From NCBI GenBank assembly GCA_038087875.1, contig JAXLNO010000320.1:62001-126000 (forward strand): 64,000 nucleotides of DNA. Direction: 5' to 3'. This document shows, piece after piece, positions 25,701 to 37,700 of the stretch (positions within the stretch are counted from its first letter, which is position 1; each line of letters begins with the position of its first letter). Position numbers and translations under genes: made by a program. The notes below the pieces were generated by a model. The model searched no databases. It was not told the origin of the DNA and saw only the letters and a list, made by a program, of their open reading frames with translations. Source of the stretch: Malacoraja senta. Lineage: Eukaryota.

Positions 25701-28700
25701 GGGTTAGGCTAAATTACATTCCTAACTACATTTCACAGTAGAGCCAGGCTCTGATCAACAGGTGCAGCACATGAATGATCTCAGTGTATTCATGTATGGA
25801 AATCAGATAATAATCAAGCACTTGGCCCATGTTGACCAACCTGGGTCTCACTGCACACCTGGTATTACTCCTGACCCTGACTCCAGTTGCATACCTTCTC
25901 TCATTCCTGACCCTGATTCCAGCCTTGCACCTGGCCCCCTATTCTACCCTGATCATAGCTGCTTACCTGCTTAGGTTCCCAGTGCTGAACACTCCCATTG
26001 TCCCAGCTTTGACTGCACACCTACTACTATTCGAGACCTTGACTCTGGATGCACACTTTCTCCTAGCCCCTCTGCACTGACAATATATCTGGCCCATACA
26101 TAAAGCCCCATATTGACCCCCTGGACTTAACCTATTAAGTTCAAGTCCACAGGTGCTTATCTAATGCGGTAATCTTTTATGGGGCACTTCACGGACCAAA
26201 TTTTGAATAACAAAATTTGCTACATCCATTGCCTTTCTTGTTATCTAACATGTTAGTTACTTTGTCAAAGAAATCATCAATTGGTTGAACACAATTTCTC
26301 ATTCATAAAATTATACTAACTCAGCTGTATAAGTATTATGTTACCATTTCCTTCATTTTCCTAACAAACTGTCCTGAAGTCATTTTCACCCCCAATATTT
26401 TCATTATTTTGCTCTTCCTCTCAGCTGGGAATTTTCTGAAATGCAACATCCAATAACTATATATTTAAGCAATAATATCATATTTACTGTGATCTTGAGA
26501 GTACATAATATTTTCTGTGGTATTCATAACACAACAATGATGAAAGGATCTTTGTTTTGATTGCACCTACCACATGCATACATTATTATATTACAGTTAA
26601 TATGTACCGAGGGCAAATTTTTGTTCCAATGCTCCCCATTCCTAATTACTTTTACATTGAAGTGATTGGAATCCAAGTGAAGTTTAAATGGCATCAGAAA
26701 AATAAAACCTCCGGAATGGATGATCTTCATTATGTGGTGGTTGGAGTCAGTATCAGCACAATTGCTATATTAAACTTTGAATCTTGGTTCAATAAAAATA
26801 ATAACCTCCTCACACATTCCCCTGCAAGTATCTCTGTCACTCCTTTAAAATATGCCCCTTCTTTGAACAAGCTCTTAAACATTGCATCTGAATCAGTTTC
26901 CATCTGATTACACTTCTTGAGGATGTTCATCTACGTGTTCAATTAATAAAACAACGAGATTGGGGACATTTCTATTCATCCTGTCAAAGGAATTTGGGGG
27001 GGGGGTAGAAATAGTCAGTGAGGTAAACAAACATAATGGTTGAGTGGCAAATGACAATAGTGCTACCTTCCCAATATTTAACTGAAGGAAATAATGGGTT
27101 ATCGAGGCTGTATGTTGTGACAGACAGCCCGACACCTTGCATGTCATTTTAATATTACACTTATCCCATCCCCCTGGATATTCCGGATTAATAAATTAAG
27201 GTTTTGTCAACTAATTACAAATCAGGCTAATTACAAATCAATAACATTAGCCAACTCCGAAACACGAAGCGCTGAGCATTGGGATGCAGACATCACGGAC
27301 AACTGGCCTCAGTTCCCCGCTCACATCTGGCAGTGCTCTCCGTCTGAACCAGGGGCTGCGGAGCATTTTTGAAAGTGGGGGGGCTGAGCGATCACTGTCC
27401 TTGGGGGTACCTGGCGAGGGAGTGGATCAACCGAGTAGGGGGCGGTGTTTGTAATGTTGGCGGGTGTGGACAAGTTGGGCCGAAGGGCCTGTTTTCACAC
27501 TATCACTCTATGACTACATTATACCTCCATCATGCATGAATGCTTCAAAATCAAGTGGTCAAGTTTTATTGCCATATACTCAAGCATAGAAACATAGAAA
27601 ATAGGTGCAGGAATAGGCCATTCGGCCCGAGCCAGCACTGCCATTCAATATGATCATGGCTGTTCATCTAAAATCAGTACCTCTTTCCTGTTTTTTCCCC
27701 ATATCCCTTGATTTCGCTAACCCCAAGAGCTAAATGTAACTCTCTCTTAATATTCAGTGAATTGGCCTCCACTGCCTTCTGTAGCAGAGAATTCCACAGA
27801 TTCACAGCTCTCTGGGTGAAGAAAGTTTGTCCTCATTTCAGTCCTAACTGGCATACCCCTTATTCTTAAGTGTGACCCCTGGTTCTGAACTCCCTCAACT
27901 TCGGGAACATTTTTCCTGCAGTTACAGTAAGTGAAAATCTCGCAGGCAAGCAGGATGCTTTCTCCAACCACCCCCATTTGAAGGCCACTATCTTCCACCC
28001 AGTGCTTGGTACCTACTTCCAGCAGCCACAGGTTGTCCTCCAAGATGCACCGAGCTGCAGCCTGGTCCATGTCGGTCACCAGGGCGAATTCAGCACAGAG
28101 ACTCTCACGATAGCGGCGCAACGCCTCCGACGCCCCGGGACTCTTGCACTGAGGCTGCTCCATGGCCGGAGCTGCGGCGAGCGACTCACCAGCCCGGCAA
28201 ACACTCGCCAGCCCCGGCTCCCCATCCGCATCAGCACCCACCGCTGCTTCTGCTTCCATCCCTCCCTCCGCCCCGGCTCTCCAACACCCGCGGCCCTTGC
28301 AGTTTATATTAGTATTGAAATTCTCGTTGATCACAGAATTTCTCACGACAGAGCGTGAGAAATTCTGTGATCAGCGTGAAAGTCTGAGAATTTGGCAAAA
28401 TGCGTGAGTCTCACGCTCAATGCCTGAGAGTTGGCAGCTCTGATGTCAGACTCCCAGGTATTTGAAGCTGCTCACCCTATCCACAGTGGTCCCATTTATT
28501 TGCAGTGGCGTGTATGTCCTCGGTTGTTGTACCCTTCTAAAGTCCACAATCAGCTCCTTAGTTTTAGTGACATTGAAGAGGAGGCTGTTGTTCAGACACC
28601 AGAGTGCCAGGTCAGCCACCTCCTCCAGGTAGGCCATCTCATCGTTATCGGAGATCAGGCCCACCACCACAGTGCCAAACTTGATGATGGAGTTGGAGAT

Positions 28701-31700
28701 GAACCTGGCCACACAGTCATGTGTGTACAGGGAGTACAGTAGGGGGCTGAGGACGCAACCCTGGGGGGATCCTGTGTTCAGGATGAGGGGTTTGGATGGT
28801 CTCCCCATCTTGACCACCTGGGGCCTGGCGGTGAGAAAGTCCAGGACCCAGGCACACAGGGGAGTGTTCAGTCCCAGTTCCAGCAGCTTCTCAGCAAGTC
28901 TGGTGGGGACTATGGTGTTGAAAGCTGAACTGAAATCAATGAACAGCATCCTCACATAGTCTCCCTTCTGGCTGTCAAGTTGAGAGAGCGTGGTGTGCAA
29001 AACCTGGGAGGCCGCATCATCCGTGGATCTGTTTGGACGGTATGCGAACAGCAACGGATCCATGGTGCAAGGAAGGAAGGCGCAGATGTAGTTTTTGATC
29101 AGCCTCTCGAAGCATTTCATGAGCACCGAGGTGAGGGCCACCGGTCGGTAGTCATACAAGCAGGCTGGAGAGGCATTCTTAGGCACTGGTACAATGGTGG
29201 ATCTCTTGAAGCAGGCAGGGACCACGCACTTGGCCAGGGAGAGGTTGAATATTGTGGTGAACACTGGAGCTAGCTGATTAGCACAAGACTTTAGTACTTG
29301 CCCAGATATACCATCTGGGCCTACAGCTTTCCTCATATTCATACGCGTCAGAGCCCTCCTCACGGCGTGCTCGGACACCGAGAATGCGTGCACATCCCCA
29401 GCGGTGTGCCTCAGTCCAGCCTCGCTAGCCAGTGCGCAGACGATGTTGTTGTTAGCCGGAGAGCTAGGGGTGTTGTTGCCTGCCTCAAATCATGCATAAA
29501 AAGATTTTAGGTCATCAGCTAAGGAGGTGCTGGCACTCCTGGTTGAGGGGGGCTGCTCTGGTAATTAGTAGCTGGTTCCTCTTGTAGCTGGTTATTTCTT
29601 GCAAACCCTTTCAAACTGAAGAAGAGTCACTAGCTGAGAACTTGCTCCTCAACTTCTCAGAGTACCTTTCCTTGGCAGCTCTGATTCCTCTTCTCAGCTT
29701 GTACCTGGCCTGCCTGTAGAGGTCTGCAGCCCCGCTGTAAGCTTCATCCTTAGACTGGCGGAGCTGTCTGAGTTCTACTGTAAACCAGGGCTTGTTGTTG
29801 TTGAACCAGATCCGGGTACTAGTGGGAATGCAACTGTCGTCACAAAAGCTGTCATATGATGTCACCGTGTCTCTAAACTCATCGAGGCTTGTGGTTGCTT
29901 CACTGAACACATTCCAATCAGTGCAGTCAAAGCAGGACTGTAGGTTTTCAATGCCCTTGCTTATTCACTTTTTCATTGTTCTGACCACAGGCTTAGCAGA
30001 TTTTAGTTTCTGCCTGTAGGTCGGAATAAGGTGAACTAAACAATGATCAGAGAGACCCAGAGCCACCTGGGGAACAGAGCGATGTGCGTTCTTGATTGAA
30101 GTGTAACAGTGATCGAGTGTTCTCTCCTCTCTGGTGGGGCAGGTAACATGAAGTCTGCACTTTGGAAGGTCTCGGCTGAGGTTAGCCTTGTTAAAGTCCC
30201 CCAAAACAATGACCATGGAGTCACTCTCTACCCTCATTACCTGGTCAGCGAGCTGCGTTTGCGCCTCACGTACGCGGGCTTGGGGGTGGGGTGGGCGTAA
30301 ACTCCAGTGAGAATAAAAGAGGTAAATTCTCTTGGGGAATAAAAGGGTTTGCAGTTCATAAAGAAGGATTGTAGATTGGGAGAACAGAAGCTAGACAGTA
30401 CCATGATGTCACTGCACCAGTCCTGGTTAGTATAGAAGCATATTCCATTGCCTCTTGATTTTCCCTCTGCTTCGCGGTCCACTCTGTGTAGTTGCAGGCC
30501 AGCCAGTTGCAGCGCATTGTCCGGTGTCTAAAACACAGTCGGGTCTCGGAGAAGCACAGGGAAGCAGCTCAAAAGAAGTCCTTGTTTGTTTGGCACAGGA
30601 GTTGCAGTTCGTCCACTTTGTTGTTGAGAGAACGTAGATTTGCAAGGAATATACTCGGGGTCAGTGTGCGTAATCCTCGTCGCCGGAGTCAGGTGAGTGC
30701 TCCAGAGCACTTCCCACGTGTCCTCCTCCGTCTCTAGACCTTGAACACAGCCACAGCCCTGCCGATGAGTATGTCCAAATAATCCAGCGAGTGAGAGAAA
30801 TCCGGAACGATGTTTGGAGGTACTGTATGTCTGATGTTAATGAGTACCTCCCTCGTGAAAGTGATCTTTGTGGGGTTTTCACAGATGACAAACGAACAAA
30901 CACATACAAAACAGCAAGGAGCAGTACACCGTAGCAGCCATCGTCAGCGCCAGCCGGATTCCAGTCTATTTTTCTGGAAATAGATTCCAGTCTCTCCAGG
31001 AAGCTGTGGGAGAGGATGCATTGAAATGTACAAAGTTCTTAAGAGGTTTGATAGGGTAGAGAATAATGTTTCTCCAGATTCTGTAGATGCATTTAAAGCT
31101 TCAGAACATGTTGATATAATTGCCGGTTGTTCAATACAAAATATACATTTAAATTTGCTCTGAGCACCAGTATCCTGTTTGGTTTTATTTATCTAGGTGA
31201 ATGTTTCATTCCCATTCTTTAGAACTATGTTTGTTCATGATCCAGTAAATTAAAACTGTTTATAAATAGCATACAGTAATAGTATGTAAAATACAATATA
31301 ATATTATGTAAAATACGACGTGGAAGATACGCTTTGACATATTCTGACTGCATTCGTGCACTTTATGTGTCTTTGAAGCTTCCCCATTTCACTCAGTATA
31401 TTAAACTTGTTAAATTTCCTTTAACTATTATGTAGCAAATGTAGCAAACCCTAGTATCAATGAACTAGTAAGACATTTTGTTGGGTCTCTTTTGTTTTGC
31501 AGACACAGGCCCCTGGAACCACCCTGCCTTTGAACAATACTGTAAACATGATTGGACTATCGGGCGCTCAGATGCATTGTCCACCGGTATCTCAGCCAAC
31601 TCTCCGGCAAACTCCTTCCCCTGCCTCCATCTCTGCCTCTGCCGTTGCCACAGCTGCTGGAAGTATGCCATCCATCCAGCATTCGGCCCCTTCTGGCATG

Positions 31701-34700
31701 ACTTCTCCTCAACCGGCAACTTCCCAGTCTCAGGCCTCCACTCCAGCTTCCTCTTCAGGTCAGACTTCAACACCGACAGCAACACCAGCACGGAGTACCA
31801 CCCCAAATCAGACTCCACCTAGGACCCAAACCCCGACGCAGCCTCTAACTCCAGTACAATCACAGCAGTCGGTAACAACACCACAACCAATGCAACAGTC
31901 GGTCGGGCCACCTCAGCCTACAACTCCTGTAAGTAGTCTTGCTCAAAATAAAATACAATAATGCAATTCCAAAATGAAAACAAAATGGTGAAAACAGTCA
32001 GTGGAAAGAACACACATTAATGTTTCAGGTCAAAGACACATCGTCAGAAGTGAATTCCAAGAATTCCCAGTATTTTTTATTTTTATTGCTTAGGAACAAA
32101 AATGATTTGTGTGAATGACAGCTGAGTATTTCATGCCATTGGTGAATCTTTTTTTTTCCTTTTTATGCTAATCGTAGTTTTTATAAAAATTAGTAACACT
32201 TTTCATTAGTAATTTAAATACTGTAAAGAATGTGGAGACATTTTGAATTTTAGGCATTGAATCCCTGGAGTTTTCAATATCACCGATTTAAACACAAAGC
32301 ACCTCAGTTGGTCAGTGAGCATTCGTGGATGGAATGGACAGGCAATGATTCAGGTCGACCCTTCTTCAGACTGGAGAAGGGCCCTGACTCCTAAACGTCA
32401 TCTGACCATTCCCTCCACGGCTGCTGCCTGTTGAGTTCCTTCAGCACTTTGTGCTTTGCTCAGGATTCCAGCATATGCGGTTTCTTGTGTCTCCATTTTC
32501 AATATCATTTACTGGTTAAGATTTTACAAGTTAATTCATCACTTTTTGGCTGAACTGTAAATAGTTCAGATATTCCTGTCTAATCTCAAAAATCTTTCAA
32601 TGAAAAGTGTAGATTGGTTATTGCATGTGAATCAATCAGAGTAATGTAGCATCACTAACTCCACCTTACTGTACACTTTATATTAACACCCATTTCCTAC
32701 ATTGCGTAGTTATACTAGTAGTAGCGATGAACTAACAACCTACTGTACTACTATACCTTATGATTAAAGATGATTTAAACTCCAGACGTGTGTCTGTTAA
32801 GTGGTTTACATGGTGTCAGAAAGCGTGAAGTAACCCACTGCGTCCGTATACCGGGTTTTAATTGCGTTTTATTAGTTTGATCTTTTATTACCATGGCTCA
32901 CTCGTGCCGCAAGCCAGCTCAGCTCATCTTTGATTCCGACATTGGAGAACGATGGAGGCTTTTCGAGATTGACTACGAACACTATATCAACATCGTCCAT
33001 CGCAATGATCCAGATGAGGTCAAGGCTTCGCTCTTGCTAAACCTGGCGGGACCCGAGGCTCTGATTCGCGCGCAAACCTTCGACTTTGTGCAAGCTGTAC
33101 TTGACGGTACCAGCCGAGACTATGAGTAACCCCAATGTACTGCTGCGTAAATTCCGTGAACTGTGTGACCTGCCTTCTAACCGCATCCTGGAAAGAGCTA
33201 AATTCTTCGCGCGACAACAGCTTCCTGACGAACCTGTTGAACGTTTTATTTGCGACTTGAAATACATGGCTCAGCGATGTCGCTTCGGTGAAATAATGAA
33301 TGAGTTGATACGTGTCAAACTCGTTAGTGGTATGACTGATCAAACGCTCAAAACAGAACTACTCCGTAATGCTGACCTAACTCTCGAACAAGCTGTGCAT
33401 GCCTGCCTGTATGTCGGAGGTTGTGGCCCCACTGAGCGACCAGTTTGACACTCATAAGAAGAGTATAAACCAGACGGGCTTCACTAAACGCGCCACGCTG
33501 ACAACTAGCAGAAAATTTGTGAATGAACCGCCGCAAAGGTGCCCTAACTGTAACTACTTCCACAACAAAGGTCGGCTATTCTGTCCAGCGAACGGCAAGC
33601 CATGCAACTACTGCAAGAAAATGAACCACTGCGCCGTTTGCTGCAGGTCCCGTGGGAACCGCAATTCCAGTTTGTCGTCTAATCTATACCTGCGGCGACA
33701 AGACCAAACATTCTCCGACTACCAAGAACAGCTCGAAGCTGCCCATGAGGATGATCCAATTAGCTCATATGAAGAGTCTACTGTTCACACTCTCCTACAC
33801 ACAGCTGGTAAGCTTTTGGATCCCTCTGTTTCCATGCTAATTAATAACAAGCCTGTGAAGGCCAAATTGGATACTGGAGCGCGCGTGAATATAATGTCCC
33901 TGAGCGTCTACAACAAGATAAGAAATAATGAGACCTTGACTAGAGACGCCTCTACCTTGCATGCCTATGGGGGGGAGGGGATGTACCCCCTTGGAAAAAC
34001 TAGCTTCCTGTGTGTATTGGAAAATGTCACAAAAAATCTGATTTTCTACGTCCTAAAATCAAACTCTGTGACTTTACTGGAAATTCATGCATGCCAGGAC
34101 CTGGGGTTAGTCTCTTTCGGACGCTCCGTCCACAAGCTACAAATATCTGATGACCCGATTCAAAACTACCAAGATCTGTTCGATGATACACTGGGCAAGC
34201 TGCCTGTGACTTACAAAATCGCCATTGACCCCACCGTCGTCCCAGCCGTCCGTGCCCCTCACCACGTGCCATATGCCATACGTGACAGAATCCAGACTGA
34301 ACTTAAAAATATGGTGTCCATGGGTGTACTGGTTGAAATCAATGAACCTACAGACTGGGTCTTCACCATGGTTGTCACGAGAAAGAAAGACAAAGACGAA
34401 CTCCGAGTGTGCATCAACCCAAGAGACCTAAACACAGCCATCAAGCGCCCACACTATCTGATGAGAACTATCGAAGACGTCGCGGCCCTAATCGGTCGCG
34501 CAACAGTGTTCTCCGTGCTTGATGCAAAAAGCACGTTTGCCACACCATTTGGCAGATTCAAATTTCTCAGAATGCCATTTGGTAGCAATTCGGCTAGCAA
34601 AGATTTTCAGAGAACCATGGAACAGCTGTTCGCAGGCTTCCCATGTGCCATCATTGCAGATGACATCCTGGTGTATGGCAAGGATCTAGCGGAGCATGAC

Positions 34701-37700
34701 TCAAATTTAAAGCAGATTCTGGACAGGGCACGTGAGATTAACCTAAAGTTCAACCCCAAGAAATGCAAGTTCCGCTTTCCCGAGGTCACCTATGTCGGAC
34801 ATGTATTCACCTACAATGGACTGAAGCCAGACCCTAAGAAAACTGCAGCCATCAACGAAATGCCTGCCCCTGCCGACATACACAGCCTTCAACGCTTTCT
34901 GGGTATGGTCAACAATCTAGGAAAGTTTATACCCAATCTCAGCGAACTCATCTCGCCACTGAGACAGCTCACCCACAAGGACACTGCCTAGACCTGGTAC
35001 CAGCAACACCAACAAGTGTTTGACTCTTTAAAACTACAGCTGGCCAGCGCTCCCACCTTGACATACTTTGACCTGATGCGACCAGTCACAATTACCTGTG
35101 ATGCCTCACAATACGGGTTGGGCGCAGCCTGCCTTCAAACATCTGCCGACGGCACAGTGCGGCCTGTATCGTGCGCCTCTCGCACCATGATGGACACCGA
35201 ACAGCGCTATGCCCAAATCGAAAAGGAGCTGCTAGCTGTTGTCTTCGCATGCTCCAAATTTAAAGATTTCATCTTTGGGAAAACTTTCACAATCGAAACT
35301 GACCATCAACCACTATTGACCATCCTGAACAAACCTATTCACGCAGCGCCTGCACGTTTGCAGCGCATGATGATGCAGCTCCAGCGATTTGATTTCAAGA
35401 TCATTTACAAAAAAGGCAAAGACATGCTCATCGCTGACACTCTCTCTCGAGCACCATGTGCGTCCAGTGAACGGCTACCCTATGAATGTGACGAGCTCAC
35501 AGTTCTCAAGTACATACGTGACATAACGGCATCCTGCCCCATCTGCAACAGTTTGGCACCCCACCAACAGAAGCAGCCTCTACTGCAACAACCCCCTCCA
35601 GCACTGCCTTGGACATCTCTTGCAGCGGACATTTTTGAATGGCACGGTAAACACTTCCTAGTCGACTCATACTCCAACTGGTTCGAACTTGACTTGTTGC
35701 CCACCATCACATCTGAGATGGTTATACAAAAGCTTCAGAGACATTTTTCCGTATTCGGCGCACCAGTTCGTCTGCAAACTGACAACGGAAGACAATTCAC
35801 CAGCCAAGCATTTAAACGCTTTGCTAGACGATGGAACTTCCACCATGTCACCAGCAGCCCTGAATACCCCCAATCCAACGGCCTCGCTGAACGTGCCGTC
35901 AGGAGCGCAAAACAACTAATGGAACGTTCTCATCTTGCCAAGTCTGATGTCTACCTCGACCTCCTGAACCTGAGAAACATTTCCAGGGACAGGGTCCTGT
36001 GTTCTCCCGCTCAACGGCTGATGTCTCGTACAACACAACCTCCACTACCCGTTGCCCAGCAACAGCTGGAGCCACAGGTGCTCAAACCCACTGCGGTCCA
36101 GAAGCGCATTCAGGAGAGACACGATATTCAGAAGCGCTCCTATGACAAGTCCAGCAAACCACTAAAACCGCTAATGCAATGTCAAGTGGTCCGTTTGCAC
36201 ACTGCTGTGGGACATACCCGTCTGGGTTTCGTTGTAGGCCCATTCTAAGAACCTCGTTCCTACCTTGTCAATGCCGATGGTGTTCTGTACCGGCGCAGCC
36301 GTCAACATCTACTGCTTGTGAACGAACCTCGACCAGCTCCTACCGGTCCATATGCACCGCCTCTGCCGTTTAAACCCTCTGCTGCCCCTATTCTCCCTAG
36401 TCCCAGCATGCACTCTCCGCCTTGGTAGGTTACCCCATCCACCCACGTTAACATTCCCGCATGCTCACCCCGCCGGTCTCCTCAAGTGTCCCCGGCTGCA
36501 CTCTCTTTTTCGGGTTCTCCACCTCCCAGCCCCACTGACGTTTCTGGTACGGAGGGGGAGGGGTTTGTCCGTATGCGTTCGGGTCGCATTAGTAGACCAC
36601 CTGACAGGTACGGCGAGTATGTTTAACTGCATGTGTTTAACATTTGTCTAACAACTTTTCTCTCTACGGGGAAGGATGTAGATTGGCTATTGCATGTGAA
36701 CCAATCAGAGTAATGCAGCATCACTAACTCCACCTTACTGTACACTTTATATTAACACCCATTTCCTACATTACGTAGTTATACTAGTAGTAGCGATGAA
36801 CTAACAACCTACTGTACTGCTCTACTATACCTTATGATTAAAGATGATTTAAACTCCAGACCTGTGCCTGTTAAGTCGTTTACAAAATGTTTGAACACTC
36901 AAATAGAATAAAGCAATTCTACAGTGTTATCAGGCAACTGAACCATCCTATCACCAACTAGAGAGCGCCCTGAGCTACCATCCATCTCATTGGAGACCTT
37001 CGGACTATCTTTGTTCGGACTTTACTGGACTTTATCTTGCACTAAATGTTATTCCCTTTATGCTGTGTCAGTGCACTGTGAATAACTTGATTATAATCAT
37101 GTATAGTCTTTCTACTGACTGGATAGCATGCAATAAAAAAGCTTTTCATTGTACCTCGGTACGCATGACAATAAACTAGACTAAACAATAATGTTTTATT
37201 GCTTATAATTCAACTGTCAAACCAGTGGTGCTGTTTCTGGAACCATCCCACAATCTATGCACCGATATAGTTTATGCTTAGATATGTACTGTAATTGCTG
37301 GATCACAAATGATCTAGATTGTTGTCATTAACTCTTGCACCAGAGATTTGTTAATGTTAGGATATTTGTTCACTATTTCTCATTGCACGATGCAGCTATC
37401 TTTACAATTGAAACATGTGTGTTTCTGTTCTAAATGTTAAAGCTCTCACAATCTGCGGCAAGCATGGATGGTAGAGTGGCTACCCCAGCCTCTGTGGCTA
37501 GTACAGACACTAACTCGCAGCAGCTCATCACCGAAGCACCGCTGTCTGAAACCAAAACCGAGGCCAAAATGGACGAAGTAGAATCCGAGCCACCAGAAGC
37601 CCAGACGGAAGTCAAAACCGAGGTACAGAAGCCAGCAAGTATCACAAGTCTTGAAGTATTCCCTCAAAAAATGATTGTACCCTTGGTAGATAAATCACCA

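Larger units (their letters stand above)
25508..28442. mobile_element. Non-autonomous TIR DNA transposon (hAT-like) carrying captured sequence
   Basis: TIRs cagggctgccaac / gttggcagctctg (12 of 13 match), 6-bp flanking duplication atgtca, interrupts the Rex1 ORF; no transposase ORF. Confidence 0.8.
24950..30955 (-). mobile_element. Rex1-type LINE, near full length, split by a DNA transposon at 25508-28442
   Basis: APE remnant ([19 protein letters not shown]) and RT (28446-29393: [43 protein letters not shown]), resuming at ~25507 ([26 protein letters not shown]); (cttga)n tail at 24950. Confidence 0.88.

Noticed and set aside
25840..26130. Degenerate ctgcacacct/cctgaccctga repeats with short ORFs
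   Set aside because: Decayed minisatellite-like cargo with no coding or structural signal I can support.
27350..27450. Possible nested Harbinger-like end (aggggctgcggagcatttttgaaagtgggggggc)
   Set aside because: No matching second end or target duplication found.
27747..28346. 199-aa ORF as a complete nested gene
   Set aside because: Its N-terminus is transposon subterminal sequence and its C-terminus runs through intron into a CR1 fragment; only 28017-28259 is gene-derived, and I found no TDP2 catalytic exons in the window.
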